From assembly GCA_027339965.1 (NCBI GenBank), contig DAHWNL010000014.1:1-64000 (forward strand): 64,000 nt of DNA. Reading direction: 5' to 3'. The notes under the pieces are model-generated. The model was not told the DNA's origin and did no database searches. It worked only from the letters and a program-made list of their open reading frames with translations. The position numbers were made by a program, and so were the translations under genes. This document shows positions 1 through 11,206 of this stretch, piece by piece (positions within the stretch are counted from its first letter, which is position 1; each line of letters opens with the position of its first letter). This DNA comes from Granulicella sp. GTDB taxonomy: Bacteria; Acidobacteriota; Terriglobia; Terriglobales; Acidobacteriaceae.

Positions 1-560
1 GGTGACCACGCTCCAAGGCGACTCCGGCGCGGCTTCGGCAACGCGCACGCCCGCCGGTGCCCGGCCGTAGAGGCGCGTCATCGAAGTCCTCAGGCCGGTC
101 TCATCGAGAAAGACAAGATGCTCCGGATCGACCTCGGCGATGGCTGCGAGAAACTCTTGACGGCCGATCAGGTTCTCGGGCGTGTCGCGCTCCGCCGCGT
201 GGAGCGACTTTTTTTTAGCCGCAGGCCCATGCGCTTGAGCCATCGACAAAGGCAGGAGTTATGAATCTTCACCCCTGCCTGCTCGTCGAGCTTGATCTGT
301 AACTCGGCCAGCGTCAAGTCCGGTTGCGCTGCAAGCCATTGGCGGAGCAGGGCCTGTTCGGCAGCTCTGATCTTGGGCTTGCGACCTGGTTTGTAGGTGG
401 GCCCTGCCATGCTCCCGGTGCGCGTATAAGCCGCCGAGACCTTTTTGGCCCACCCCAGACTGACGCGAAATTCCGCCGCCAATTCCTCCAGCGTGCCGTA
501 TCCCTGCTCATAAGCTGAAAGAAAATTGCGACGATACTCCCCCTCGTAGGCTTTAGCCAT
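1..560 (-). CDS. IS630 transposase, two frames joined at an A8 run (209-216), partial
   Basis: OrfA ends RLKK at CTAAAAAAAAGTC; the -1 frame stays open to position 1 and contains VFLDETG. Confidence 0.85.
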
Positions 561-620
561 ACGCTTTGCGTCGCGGAAGAGTCGCCATCTGTAGTCTACA
601 GCATTATGCAGGATGCTCTA
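1..620 (-). mobile_element. IS630-family insertion sequence, 5' part (continues beyond window start)
   Basis: HTH-type ORF 560..168, followed in the -1 frame by KSLHAAERDTPEN...HLVFLDETGLRTSMTRLYGRAP (first catalytic Asp motif of IS630 DDE transposases). Probable end TAGAGCATCC (minus strand) with TA at 619-620; the end position is inferred. Confidence 0.85.
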
Positions 621-914
621 AGTTTCCTGTTTGCTATTTAGTTCCAGGAATTTCTCCACCGCAAACTCGCCGACTTCGATCACAGTGATGAGAGGTTCGG
701 GGCCAAGTCACCCAGGCAGGAGAGGCGAGTGGCTCACAGCCTGTCGTTCATCCTTTGCTGGGGCTCTTCATTGTTTCCAAGGCGAAAGGGCGAGTCCAGG
801 AAGTAGAAGAATGCGAGCAGACGAGAAGGTTTGAGGTTTGGAACTCTGGCTCGTGCAAGCACTCCAAACCTTGGGGATGATTTGTGCCTCGGCAGCTACC
901 TTGCCGTAGCGGTT

Positions 915-3428
915 TCAACTTCGCATCGTCGGGGCAACATCGTAGACACTGCGAACCTGCAACCTCCTGCGAAATTCAAATGGCTCCAGAGGTTCGTCAA
1001 GGACAACGTCCATGGTGGCAGCTCGATCGCTGCGCAGATCGAAAAAGTTGTCCGAGCAGGAAGCGCGCGCATCGCGGATGTCGGCCCAGGCCCAGAGGGT
1101 GGGAACGTCGGTTTCGATCACGACGCGATACCGCTTCTCCCCGCCGGAGGTGGTCACCGTAAGATGAGGCTGCTGAAGCCTCAGATCCTTTGGCCTTCCG
1201 AAGAACAGCGTATTTTGCGCCACCGTGAGTCCGGCGACGGTCACTTCAGGCCAGATGAGCAAGTTTGACGCGCCGTGGGAACGGACAAGGTCAGTGAGAT
1301 CGAGGCTTTCCACCTGCCTGCTTGTCCGTGCCCGTATGTTGATCTGCTGGGCTCCCTGCCGCAGCACCTCGCCGGCAACCGTGGTGACGCTCCAATGCAG
1401 TTCGCCGCGGGCATCCTGCTGATCATCGCTGGTGACATAGATATCCGCCAGACCGGTCTTCGGGTCCGGCAGGCCGCTGATCAGGATGGGAGCAAAGAAG
1501 CGCTTGGATTGGTACAGCAGCGCCTTGGCGCGCCGCATGGAGTCAACCATGCTCCAGCTTGAGCATGGCCAGCAGTCGTTATACTGCCAGATCACAGCGG
1601 CCATGGACCGCGGCATGTCGCGCCTCCAATGTTCCACCGCGTAACGGATCATCCACGCCTGATTGATATCCGTGAGCCAGAGCGTGTCGTCAAAGTCCTT
1701 TGGCGCGCTGCCGAAGTTTGATTCCGTGTACTTCATGATGATCTCAATCCCTCGCCCGCTGCCGTCCAGCTCGTGATAGCGCATCACGGGTGAAGAGATG
1801 CTTTGGCGATCCGCCGTGTCGGCGAAGGCGCGTACCGTGCTTGGAACCGGAGTTGACTGCATGCCGAACTCGGTCACGAATCCTTCCAGCGAAAGGTAGC
1901 TCTCCACGGGTTTGTTTCCGTGCCATACGCCCCAGGAGTGAATGTCTCCGCTGCCGTGAGCGCCGCTGCCAACCTCATAAAATGCCCCGGGTACAAGGCG
2001 AGCTACAATACTGCCAATGAAATCCTTGAAGAGCTGGTTGTATCCCTTGAAGAACCTAATTTCGTTGTTTCCGCTCCAGATAACAATCGAAGGGTGGTTG
2101 CGGCATCTTCGCGTCTGCTGCTCAATTTCCTCGCGAAGATTGCTCATCCAGGCCGCATCCTGAACCGGATAGCTGGCATTGGCGAACTTGAACTCGAACT
2201 GCAGCATCAGCCCCAGTTCATCGCACAGATCGAACAGTGCATCTTCTTCGTAGTAGCCGCCGCCCCAGAGCCGGATGAAGTTGAAGTTGCACTCCGCTGC
2301 CTTCGACATATACCAGCGCAAAATTTCTGGAGTTACGCGCGTGGGCAGGTTATCGGCCGGAATCCAGTCCGCGCCCTTGGCGAAGACGGGCGCGCCATTC
2401 ACGCGCAGATGCAGGGACAGGTTGGCGCTGGGCGGCACGACCTCGATCTTGCGTAGTCCAATCCGCCGAGTGGCCGTATCCAGGCGGCGACCTTGCGCAT
2501 CCTTCAACTGCACAGTCACGGTGTAAAGAGGCTGGCTTCCCATGCCGTTGGGCCACCAGAGCTGCGGTTGAGGAATCACCGCATGCAGGACCGTCTCTGC
2601 TTCCGTGGCTTCAGCGTGCGCGGTCGCCACCGTGTCGCCGGCCAGCGCAATTTGAGCTTCCAGGCTGAGTCCAGGGGCGCTTCCGGCCAGCGCTGTATGG
2701 ATCTCCAACTGCACCGGCCCATCCGCAGCGTGGTCCTGGAAGACGCCCACATCGGCGATGCGCGCCTGGTAGCCGAGAAGCTCTATCTTCTTCCAAATGC
2801 CTTGGGTAAGCAGCGGACGGCACCAGTCCCAGCCCCACATGTACGGCCCCTTGCGCACCCACGAGCGTTGGTGTGGAAGATCGACTCCGTACTTCTGCTG
2901 ATAAGCGGCTCGCTGCTTCTGGACGTAGGGCGTCAGCGGATCAAAACGAATGCGCAGGTGGTTTGTTCCTTTGCGCAGGTGAGGCTTGATCTCAAATGTC
3001 CAGGTGCGAAACATGTTATCGCTCCTGCCCAGGCTGTGGCCATTCAGTTCGATGCTGGCAAGCGTGTCGAGTCCGTGGCAGACCAGTTCCACATGCTGCT
3101 TGGCGTGCAGCTCGGGCGGAGCTTCAAAGCTGCGCTCGAAGAGCCAGGTCTTCTCCGCGACCCATTGCACTTTTCCATTGTTCTCCCCGTAGAACGGATC
3201 GGGAATCTTGCCGGCGGCAAGAAGATTCGTATAGGTGCTGCCGGGAATCGATGCTCGCGTCGGCTCTTGCTCGTCTGCCTGATGCAGCGTCCACATGTTG
3301 CCGCCCAGATCGAGCGAGATAGGACCGTCTTCTCCAGCGCTCATGGCCAAGCCGGATCGGTCCAGTATCATTCCGATCCCCAGCCCGGCCGATCCCTGCA
3401 GCATCTTGCGCCGGGTGAGGCGAGTCAT
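915..3428 (-). CDS. GH2 beta-mannosidase-like glycoside hydrolase, Tat-exported
   Basis: TRRKML twin-arginine signal; WGWDW, IRLWGGG, WSGNNE (acid/base), FVTEFG (nucleophile) and WQYNDCWP motifs. Start taken at MTRLTRR; the ORF track extends to 3494. Confidence 0.88.
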   Translation of the reverse strand: MTRLTRRKMLQGSAGLGIGMILDRSGLAMSAGEDGPISLDLGGNMWTLHQADEQEPTRASIPGSTYTNLLAAGKIPDPFYGENNGKVQWVAEKTWLFERSFEAPPELHAKQHVELVCHGLDTLASIELNGHSLGRSDNMFRTWTFEIKPHLRKGTNHLRIRFDPLTPYVQKQRAAYQQKYGVDLPHQRSWVRKGPYMWGWDWCRPLLTQGIWKKIELLGYQARIADVGVFQDHAADGPVQLEIHTALAGSAPGLSLEAQIALAGDTVATAHAEATEAETVLHAVIPQPQLWWPNGMGSQPLYTVTVQLKDAQGRRLDTATRRIGLRKIEVVPPSANLSLHLRVNGAPVFAKGADWIPADNLPTRVTPEILRWYMSKAAECNFNFIRLWGGGYYEEDALFDLCDELGLMLQFEFKFANASYPVQDAAWMSNLREEIEQQTRRCRNHPSIVIWSGNNEIRFFKGYNQLFKDFIGSIVARLVPGAFYEVGSGAHGSGDIHSWGVWHGNKPVESYLSLEGFVTEFGMQSTPVPSTVRAFADTADRQSISSPVMRYHELDGSGRGIEIIMKYTESNFGSAPKDFDDTLWLTDINQAWMIRYAVEHWRRDMPRSMAAVIWQYNDCWPCSSWSMVDSMRRAKALLYQSKRFFAPILISGLPDPKTGLADIYVTSDDQQDARGELHWSVTTVAGEVLRQGAQQINIRARTSRQVESLDLTDLVRSHGASNLLIWPEVTVAGLTVAQNTLFFGRPKDLRLQQPHLTVTTSGGEKRYRVVIETDVPTLWAWADIRDARASCSDNFFDLRSDRAATMDVVLDEPLEPFEFRRRLQVRSVYDVAPTMRS

Positions 3429-3625
3429 TTCGGATGAATTCAAATTGTTCGACACGGTTTTGACACCCCTCAAGTCACATCCATTGAAACACACACCATG
3501 ACTCCGGGTTTGCAGCCGTCACGCGTCAAGCGGCGATCAGAATGGCCGAGTCACGCCAGTACGCCACGCACGAGCCGGCGATGGGTTCAACGGACAATTC
3601 GCCCCCTCCTGAGCGCTCTTTCCAG

Positions 3626-5590
3626 CTATTCCACCGTCACACTCTTTGCCAGGTTGCGCGGTTGGTCAACGTCGCAGCCTCTTCGCACGGCCATGTGATA
3701 CGCCAGGAGCTGCAAAGGCACGACCTCCAGAATCGGCAGCAGCAGTTCGTGGGACTGAGGAATGTGGATGACGCGCTCGACGAGTTGAGCGATGTGGGTG
3801 TCGCCCTGGATGGCGATGGCGATGACTCTTCCTCCGCGCGCGGTGACTTCCTGGATGTTGGAGAGGGTCTTCTCATACTTTAGAACCGAACTGGGATCGC
3901 CCGGATCCTGGGTGGCGATGCAGACCACCGGCAGCGTCTCATCGATGAGCGCATTGGGGCCGTGTTTCATCTCTCCGGCGGGATAGCCTTCGGCGTGGAT
4001 GTAGGAGATCTCCTTGAGCTTCAGGGCGCCTTCCAGGGCGATCGGATAGTGGATGCCACGGCCCAGGAAGAGGAAATCTCGGGCGGTGGAAAACGCGCGG
4101 GCCAGTTCCTGGCATGTCTCATCGACCGTACGTAGGATCTCCTCGATCTGAGCGGGGATGCGAGAGAGTTCGCCGACTAGATGGAGAGACTCCGGATCGG
4201 TGACCCTAGCGCGCACCTGGGCGAGATAAAGGGCCAGGGTGAAGAGAGCCGTGAGTTGGGCGGTGAAGGCCTTGGTGCTGGCCACGCCGATCTCCGGACC
4301 AGCGTTGGTGGTGATGACGCCCTCGGCCAGACGCGTTACCGCGCTGCCCACTACATTGCAGATCGCCAGCGTCTTGGAGCCTTTGGCGATGAGCTCATGC
4401 TGCGCGGCGATGGTATCCGCCGTCTCGCCGGATTGGGTAATGAGCAGGCCCAGGCCACTGGAGTCTGGAATGGGATCCCGATAGCGGTACTCGCTGGCGT
4501 AGTCCACATCGACAGGGAGGCGGGCGAGGCGTTCGATCATGAACTTGCCGGCCAGGCCGGCGTGCCAGCTGGTTCCGCAAGCGGCGATGGTGATGCCGGT
4601 CGCCGAGCGAAACTCCTCGGGAGTAATGCGCATCTCGGGAAGGAAGACACGGCCTGTCTCGAGTGAGATGCGGCCCAGGGTGGTGTCGCGGACCGCGCGC
4701 GGCTGCTCGTTGATCTCCTTGAGCATGAAGTGCTTGTAGCCGGCCTTTTCAGCCTGAATCGGATCCCAGGTGATGCGTTGGGGATGCAGGGTTCGCGCTG
4801 AGCCGTTGAAGTCCATGAGAGCGATGCCGGAAGCGGTCAAAGTGGCCACCTCGCCGTCCTGCAGAAAATGAATGAGGCGGGTGTGGTGAAGGATGCCGGG
4901 AACATCCGAGGCCAGAAAGAACTCTCCCTCGCCGATGCCAAGGACGGCAGGAGGGCCCAGGCGGGCGGCGACCAGTTTGTCGGGCTCCGCAGCCGAAAGG
5001 ACGCCAATCGCGAAGGCTCCGGTAAGTCGCTTGACGGCGCGGCGCACGGCTTCTTCCAAGGGGAGGCTGGGGAGTCCGGCAGCGCTCAGGACCGTGTCGG
5101 CCGCGGTGGTCTCGGTGGTGGCAGCCCTGGCGGCCAGATGTGGCGCAGCCTGACGATCCAACTCGGCTTGAAGATCCATTTCATCCTGGACGACGTGGGC
5201 GATGATCTCCGTGTCGGTCTCGCTGACGAAGATATGGCCTTTGGCCAGCAGAGCCGTCTTAAGCTGAAGGTAGTTTTCTACGATGCCGTTATGCACCACG
5301 ACCAGGGTTCCGCTGCCATCGCGGTGGGGGTGAGCATTCTCTTCCGTCGGGCGGCCATGGGTGGCCCAGCGGGTGTGCCCAATGCCGTAGGTTCCATGCA
5401 CCGGGTCTCGATTCAGGTTGCTGGCGAGGTTGTGCAGCTTTCCGGGGGCGCGGCGAAGCTGAAGGGGATGGCCGCCGCCGGCTACGGCAATGCCCGCAGA
5501 GTCATATCCGCGGTACTCCAGGCGCGCTAAGCCTTCCATAATGACGGGGACGCAAGCTTTGGGACCGATGTATCCGACGATTCCGCACAT
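3626..5590 (-). CDS. glmS: Glutamine--fructose-6-phosphate aminotransferase
   Basis: Starts MCGIVG (catalytic N-terminal Cys); [25 protein letters not shown] and C-terminal [11 protein letters not shown]. Confidence 0.97.
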   Translation of the reverse strand: MCGIVGYIGPKACVPVIMEGLARLEYRGYDSAGIAVAGGGHPLQLRRAPGKLHNLASNLNRDPVHGTYGIGHTRWATHGRPTEENAHPHRDGSGTLVVVHNGIVENYLQLKTALLAKGHIFVSETDTEIIAHVVQDEMDLQAELDRQAAPHLAARAATTETTAADTVLSAAGLPSLPLEEAVRRAVKRLTGAFAIGVLSAAEPDKLVAARLGPPAVLGIGEGEFFLASDVPGILHHTRLIHFLQDGEVATLTASGIALMDFNGSARTLHPQRITWDPIQAEKAGYKHFMLKEINEQPRAVRDTTLGRISLETGRVFLPEMRITPEEFRSATGITIAACGTSWHAGLAGKFMIERLARLPVDVDYASEYRYRDPIPDSSGLGLLITQSGETADTIAAQHELIAKGSKTLAICNVVGSAVTRLAEGVITTNAGPEIGVASTKAFTAQLTALFTLALYLAQVRARVTDPESLHLVGELSRIPAQIEEILRTVDETCQELARAFSTARDFLFLGRGIHYPIALEGALKLKEISYIHAEGYPAGEMKHGPNALIDETLPVVCIATQDPGDPSSVLKYEKTLSNIQEVTARGGRVIAIAIQGDTHIAQLVERVIHIPQSHELLLPILEVVPLQLLAYHMAVRRGCDVDQPRNLAKSVTVE

Positions 5591-5703
5591 AGCTGAGAGT
5601 GTAGAGGAGATCGGGGCATACGACGAGGGCCTTGCGGCCTTGATCTTCTTTTCGCGCTGGCGCCTGTCGGTGATCTCAGCGCACCCCATCTCCAAAGGGT
5701 CGG

Positions 5704-7317
5704 TTACCCGGCGGATTTTGCGGCAGGCCTGGAGGCTAGGCGAGCCCGATCCGAGCGAGAGGCGTAAAGCAGGACGGCTGTGAAGGGTGGAACGGTAGAG
5801 AGCCTTTGCGTTGTGGTGGAGGTTTGGAGCTGGACGTGACTGGAACCGAGGGAAGGGGCGGTGAGGGTGGGACCCTGGCGGTAAAAGGGCAGATCGATGG
5901 CGAGAGCCCGGGTGCGATCTTTGTTGATGATGGCGACCAGATGCTGCCCGGTGGGAAGTGTGGCTGCGTAGGCCGTAGCGTTGACCGAGCCGGGGTTGAA
6001 GTCGACGGGGAAAGCGGTGGTCCCGGCGAAGTGGCCGGCGAAGAGCATGCCGTAAGCCACCGGCTCGGCGACGTACTGGTCCCCAATCCGGGCGATGGGG
6101 GTGTAAAAGGGATGCGGGTGGAGAGTGGCTGCGCCGGGCGGGAGGAGGTCATCGCCAGGAAGATGGCCCCCCAGAGAGTTGCCGACGTATTTGCCGGTGC
6201 CGCCGTGGAGGTTGGCTCCGGCATAGCCGCGACAGGCCAGATCCAACAGATAATCCGCAGCCCAGAGAGCGGCGGCATAGACATCGGAGACGCCCGGCTT
6301 GCCGCCGCCGTAACAGGTGTTGCCCTCGGTCATTCGGTAAGGGACGCGGACATCTCTGGCGGAGGAGAGACGGGCGGCGGCGGCAGCAATGTCCTTGGCC
6401 AACTCCGCGACACGCGGGTTCGGCGTCAGCATGAAGTCAATATTCATTTTGGGATTTGAAGGTGGACCGTCGACGTAGTAGTGGTGGGTGAGCGCCGCTA
6501 CCTGGGGAGGATCAGAGACTGAGAGCAGACGGTTGACCACTGCTGCATACCAGCCGGGGCTGCCGCCAGTGTCGGGCAGGCCGAACCGGGCTGCGGGAAG
6601 GACGGAGCGAATCGCATCGACTTCCGCCAGCCATTGGTCCATGTAGAGATCCGGGGACCATGTTTTAGGGTCCCGGAGGTGACGGCCAAACATGTCGGGT
6701 TCGTTGCCGAGCTGGAAGTACTCCAGCTTACCCTGCTGCTGCGTGAGACCAAGCACCTGAGCGACGTAGGTGGCCTCGTCGGCAGCGCGGCCTGGAGTGT
6801 TGGAGCCCAGGTTGATGCCGTAGATGCAGGTCCAGCCAGTGGCCTGGAGAAAACCGTGCAAATTCTGAATCGCCTCCGGCGTGATGGCAAAGGAGAGATT
6901 CGACGAAGGCTCGCCGATGAGAACTTTACGGGTGGAGGCCGCGGGGGGCCTGGTTGACGGCGTGGGCTTCCAGTAGCCGGCATCGGAAGTGTTACCGCCA
7001 AGGCGCAGCACGCCGCGCGGCGAGAGGGAGCGGAACTGCTCGACAAGGCCGGTGTTGCGGGGAGAAAAGAAACTGGGATCGACCAACTCATTGGTCTCAT
7101 AGGAGAGACCAATGAAGTTCCCCGGGACGCGAGCTCCAGCTCTGCCGGGATGCAGCTTCAGCGTGGCGGGCACTGCGTTGCTGGGCAAGGCAGTCACTGC
7201 CGGGGTTCCAGGCTGGCTCAAGGTCTCGGCGATGGCTCCCAGGCTGGGTAGCGCGGCGGCAGCGGCTGAGTCAAAAAGGAAGCGGCGACGGTCCATCCGA
7301 TGCATGGGAACTTTCAT
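5704..7317 (-). CDS. GH79-like beta-glucuronidase/heparanase family hydrolase, Tat-exported
   Basis: RRRFL Tat signal; [15 protein letters not shown] (acid/base), TEGN (nucleophile) and GGKPGVSD motifs. Confidence 0.8.
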   Translation of the reverse strand: MKVPMHRMDRRRFLFDSAAAAALPSLGAIAETLSQPGTPAVTALPSNAVPATLKLHPGRAGARVPGNFIGLSYETNELVDPSFFSPRNTGLVEQFRSLSPRGVLRLGGNTSDAGYWKPTPSTRPPAASTRKVLIGEPSSNLSFAITPEAIQNLHGFLQATGWTCIYGINLGSNTPGRAADEATYVAQVLGLTQQQGKLEYFQLGNEPDMFGRHLRDPKTWSPDLYMDQWLAEVDAIRSVLPAARFGLPDTGGSPGWYAAVVNRLLSVSDPPQVAALTHHYYVDGPPSNPKMNIDFMLTPNPRVAELAKDIAAAAARLSSARDVRVPYRMTEGNTCYGGGKPGVSDVYAAALWAADYLLDLACRGYAGANLHGGTGKYVGNSLGGHLPGDDLLPPGAATLHPHPFYTPIARIGDQYVAEPVAYGMLFAGHFAGTTAFPVDFNPGSVNATAYAATLPTGQHLVAIINKDRTRALAIDLPFYRQGPTLTAPSLGSSHVQLQTSTTTQRLSTVPPFTAVLLYASRSDRARLASRPAAKSAG

Positions 7318-7603
7318 GCTTGCAAGGGTAAGAGCGGAGCATCAGCGTTGGCAAATGGAGGCGAGCCGCAGCGCCCAAAGGACCTTCTGTGCAGGCGCAA
7401 TCCGCCGCCATCAACTTCTGGGCTTGTGGGCGCTTGCGTAAGCAAAGCGACGCCGCAGGCCAGCGGGCGGAGGCCTGTTCGCTGGGATCGGCTATTCGCC
7501 TCGGGGGCGCTCGGATGGATGACCAAGAAATGAAGCCCCAGCGGCGGGGCCCGGCCTGGGAACCCAGCCGCGGGCAGCCATTGATGCCGGCACCACGCCG
7601 GCG

Positions 7604-8461
7604 TCAGGGCACAAAATGATGCTGTGGAGCGGGAGGCGCCGAGTTTTGGTTGGCAGCCACCGTTGGATGGGAGACTGGAGTTTGTGCGCTTGCCGTGGCA
7701 GGCCAGATTCGAAGGGCTGGCGTGGGTGGATTCGACCGAGATACGGGATCGGTGGGGCTGGAGGAGGGGTTTGGAGCGGGGCCTACGGCAGGCGGTCGGG
7801 CGGCCGGCTGAACTCTTCCGGTCGCGACCGGATAGGCGGGTTGGGCTGGGCGCGCCAGAAAGGTTTGCGCGCGCACCGGGGTGGGTTGTGGAGCAGCGGC
7901 GGGGTCGGCGCGCGGCGTTGGCGCTGAAGACGAGGTGGGTGGCCCGCTCTTGGCAGGATTGCCGATCCGGGAGGGCACAAGTTCGATGGGGTGCATCGCC
8001 GCGACTCCAACGAAGATCATCGAGACGAGCAGAATGGCTGCACCGGGAGCCAGTCGCTGCACGCTGGAGGCATCGTCGCGAAAGCGGCCCCGGTCATCCA
8101 TGGAGCCCTGAATGCCAACCAGAAACAGCGCCATGCCGACGCAAGCGAAGAAGATGCCCGAGATGATGCCGCAAGATTGCAGAAACATTCGATTCTGGGC
8201 CATATGCAGACCCAGAACGGTGGAGAGGTTGCCGGTGCGAGTGGTGGAGAGATAGGCGTCGAAGTGATGTTCAAAGGAGATGGTCGCGTTCAGCGAATAC
8301 GCAAAGATGTAGACGATGGCAAAAAGAATGCACAGACCTGCGCAACCCAGCGCAGCAAAGACGCTGTAGCGAATGAGCGGGTCGCGGCTGGTCGATGAAG
8401 GGCTGGCCTGCTGTGCTGCCTCGGCGTATGAAGCGTCATTCTCCATTTCGCTTTGGGACAA
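7604..8461 (-). CDS. Hypothetical membrane protein with three TM segments and a Pro/Ala/Ser-rich C-terminal tail
   Basis: 285-aa ORF with three hydrophobic stretches and a low-complexity tail; start may be ATG 8446. Confidence 0.65.
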   Translation of the reverse strand: MSQSEMENDASYAEAAQQASPSSTSRDPLIRYSVFAALGCAGLCILFAIVYIFAYSLNATISFEHHFDAYLSTTRTGNLSTVLGLHMAQNRMFLQSCGIISGIFFACVGMALFLVGIQGSMDDRGRFRDDASSVQRLAPGAAILLVSMIFVGVAAMHPIELVPSRIGNPAKSGPPTSSSAPTPRADPAAAPQPTPVRAQTFLARPAQPAYPVATGRVQPAARPPAVGPAPNPSSSPTDPVSRSNPPTPALRIWPATASAQTPVSHPTVAANQNSAPPAPQHHFVP

Positions 8462-8781
8462 TCGTAAAGTATTGCGCTAGTTTGTCGATAGGGCAAACGC
8501 TCAAAAGTATGCATCCCAATGCCTGCACAATGGTCACCTCTACTGGTAACTCCTAGAGTGACTTAGTTGCCATCAAGAAGCGGAAGGTAAGAGTCAGAAA
8601 GGCAATCCTGTTCTCGCGGACGGCCAATGTTGCGGCATCCGGAACAAGGGACTTTCTGGGTGCTCCGAAGGGGCGATTGGTGCGGAAGCAGAGGGGGAGG
8701 CGATGGATCTTTGCCCGGCTGGCGGGACGCGAGGGGCGGCTCCACGGAGGGAATGCCGGGTGCGCGCAGGTTGGCCCCAAT

Positions 8782-9231
8782 CTATTTCTGGCGCAGGTGC
8801 CTGATCAACTCAGTGGGATGGATCGGCTTGGCGAGGATTTCGAAGTTGTAGCCGCGCTCGCGAACCCGGGCGAGGATCTCCACGGTAGCAGCCTGGCCAC
8901 TGAAGAGGACGATGCGAGTTTCGGGAAGGAATTTCTGGATGGTGATGGCGGCTTCCACACCGTCGACGCCCGGCATGAGGACGTCGGAGAGAACCAGATC
9001 GGGGCGCATGCGCTGTGCAGCCTCAATGGCCTCCTGACCGCCGTAGGAGGCTGCCGCGACGAAGCCGCTGCGGTTCAAAATCTGTACGATGGTCTCCGCG
9101 ATAAGGGGCTCGTCATCGACAACCAGAACGTGCGTCGGGGCGGGCACGGCGCAGGTGTCCGCTCCATCCGCACGGTCGGCATCAGGCTGCGAGGTAAAGC
9201 GCGAGTTGCCCACAGGAGGAGTGATCTGCAT
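8782..9231 (-). CDS. Single-domain response regulator (REC)
   Basis: VLVVDDEP, DLVLSDVLMP (phospho-Asp), FSG and AKP motifs; no output domain. Start uncertain; the ORF is open to 9543. Confidence 0.8.
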   Translation of the reverse strand: MQITPPVGNSRFTSQPDADRADGADTCAVPAPTHVLVVDDEPLIAETIVQILNRSGFVAAASYGGQEAIEAAQRMRPDLVLSDVLMPGVDGVEAAITIQKFLPETRIVLFSGQAATVEILARVRERGYNFEILAKPIHPTELIRHLRQK

Positions 9232-9363
9232 GAGGGGTCCCGAACGGCGATGCGATGAACGTTGGCATGAGTTTATAGCATTTTGCGCGTGAATGGGTCT
9301 TCCGGAACCGGCGACGGGAGCTGGCGCTACGGCGCTGAGAAAGTCTCGTAGATGAGGCTCGGC

Positions 9364-9399
9364 GGCACAAGCCTCATCCATGGCACAAGCCTCATCCAT
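9364..9399. repeat. Perfect 18-bp tandem duplication GGCACAAGCCTCATCCAT x2
   Basis: Read directly from the sequence. Confidence 0.95.
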
Positions 9400-9559
9400 C
9401 TGGATGACCCATCGAACTGTGGTGTGACGTGAGTGCCCACGACCCAGTTGGCTGACAGCGGCACCCTGCACGCGCTTCAGCGTGCCAGCTGGGCAGCTAA
9501 AGATTGACGGAGACTCCCAGAGAGGGCGAGGCTCGGGATACACCTGTACGGAGAAAGCT

Positions 9560-11206
9560 TTAGGGCGTGGTCGAGACCTGCTGAATCGCGGCTTTGGTGG
9601 TCACCTTGGATGCGGCCGGTAGTTGGGCTGTACTCCATCCTCCGCCCAGGGCCTCCACCAGTTCCACGGCGGCGGTCAGCTCGATCACACGCGAGGTGGT
9701 CTGCAACTCCTGATCGTTGAAGAGAGCGGTCTCCGCGCTCAAAACGTTAAGATAAGGATCGAGTCCGGTCTGGTAGCGCGAGTTCTCCAAGTTCAGGGAG
9801 TCCTGGGCTGATTGGACGGCCTGATTCTGCTGCTGGATCTGCGCCGAGGTGATGCGAAGGGTTGCAATCTCATCTTCCACCTCCTGAAACGCAGTCAGCA
9901 CGGTCTCCCGATAGTTGGCCACATCCGCCTTGTACTCCGCCTCGTACTCCGCAACGGTAGCTCGGCGCAGCCCGCCGGCAAAGACCAGCTCAGAGGCGGA
10001 GGCCGCGGTGGACCACAAGAGCGCGGGCACGGAGAAAACAGTCCCCAGCGAAGCCGACTCAACGCCTCCGGAGCCCGTCAGGGTCAAAGTGGGATAAAAG
10101 GCGGTCTTCTCCACGCCCACCAGCGCGTTTGCCTGGGCCAGGGTACGCTCCGCCGCGGCGATATCGGGCCTGCGCTCCAACAGTTGCGAGGGCACGCCCA
10201 GCGGAATGGGAGGCACGGGCGTGGCCAGATCCTTTACAGCCATGGAGAAGCTGGAGGCCGGCTGTCCAATCTCCAAGGCGATGGCGTGTTCGAAGATGGC
10301 CCGATTGGTAGCGATGGCGGTCGCGGTCGCCTCATCGTCCTCCAGGGTCATCTCTTCCTGAGCAACAGCCTGTTCATCATCGATGCCGGTTGCGAAGAGC
10401 GCCTTGGTCAAAGCAAGGGTCTGCTTATCGGCCTCCACCATCTGGTTGGAAATGCGTTGCAGTGAATCCTGACCTCGTAGCTCGAAGTAAAACACAGCCA
10501 GGGAGGCCTGTTCCGAGAGCTTTTCTCCGGCCAGATCGGCGGCGCTCACCTGGGCAGCATAGCGAAATTCGCTGACCTCGTTTCGAATCTTGCCCCACAC
10601 ATCGGGCGCCCAGCTGGCACCTCCTGTCAACGCATAGGTGCTGGCCGTCACGCCCTTGGTGGAGGTGGCGACCGCGCGGTTGGCGGCCGTCGGCACCTTG
10701 TTGCGGCTATAAGAGGGCCCACCGATGACGGTGGGAAAGAACTGCGAACTCACCGCTCGCACCACGTCCAGCGCCGCCATGAAGTTCTGGAAGTCAAGAA
10801 TGATGTCCTGGTTGTTGATGTTGAGCTGGTCTTCCAGCGCATTCAGCTCGGGCTCCTGGAACATCTCCCACCACTTGCCGCGCAGCACGGTGTCCTGCGG
10901 GTTGGCAGGCTGCCAGGTTCCGGGGGGAGCGTTGGAGTACTTGACCGGCGTAGACTCCTTGAACTCCGGCGGAGCGGGGGCGGCGGGCCGCACATATTTC
11001 GGACCGATGCGGCAACCGCTAAGCAGCGCTAGGGTCACGCAGGCAATCCATGGCAGGGTCCTTAGGGATATTTTGCCGGCCTGATCGCCGGGCCAGACGG
11101 GGGACCGGGCCAGTCCGTGCGCCGCGACGGGGCTCAGGCTGCCGGTGATCGGGTCTTGCGAGTTGCTCTCACTTCTTCTTCCCATTCTCATAGGGTTCGC
11201 CTTCAT
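9560..11206 (-). CDS. Outer-membrane factor efflux lipoprotein (NodT/OprM family)
   Basis: Lipobox LSGC, WWEMFQEPELNAL, PSQLLERRPDIAAAER and ALGGGW; last gene of an RND operon. Start approximate. Confidence 0.92.
   Translation of the reverse strand: MKANPMRMGRRSESNSQDPITGSLSPVAAHGLARSPVWPGDQAGKISLRTLPWIACVTLALLSGCRIGPKYVRPAAPAPPEFKESTPVKYSNAPPGTWQPANPQDTVLRGKWWEMFQEPELNALEDQLNINNQDIILDFQNFMAALDVVRAVSSQFFPTVIGGPSYSRNKVPTAANRAVATSTKGVTASTYALTGGASWAPDVWGKIRNEVSEFRYAAQVSAADLAGEKLSEQASLAVFYFELRGQDSLQRISNQMVEADKQTLALTKALFATGIDDEQAVAQEEMTLEDDEATATAIATNRAIFEHAIALEIGQPASSFSMAVKDLATPVPPIPLGVPSQLLERRPDIAAAERTLAQANALVGVEKTAFYPTLTLTGSGGVESASLGTVFSVPALLWSTAASASELVFAGGLRRATVAEYEAEYKADVANYRETVLTAFQEVEDEIATLRITSAQIQQQNQAVQSAQDSLNLENSRYQTGLDPYLNVLSAETALFNDQELQTTSRVIELTAAVELVEALGGGWSTAQLPAASKVTTKAAIQQVSTTP

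Noticed and set aside
835..872. Inverted repeat AGGTTTGGA/TCCAAACCT as an IS end
   Set aside because: It lies ~200 bp outside the inferred IS end, just downstream of the GH2 gene, and is more likely a terminator-type hairpin.
5591..5700. glmS ribozyme upstream of glmS
   Set aside because: No recognisable ribozyme core on the coding strand, and a -10 box lies 7 nt from the ATG.
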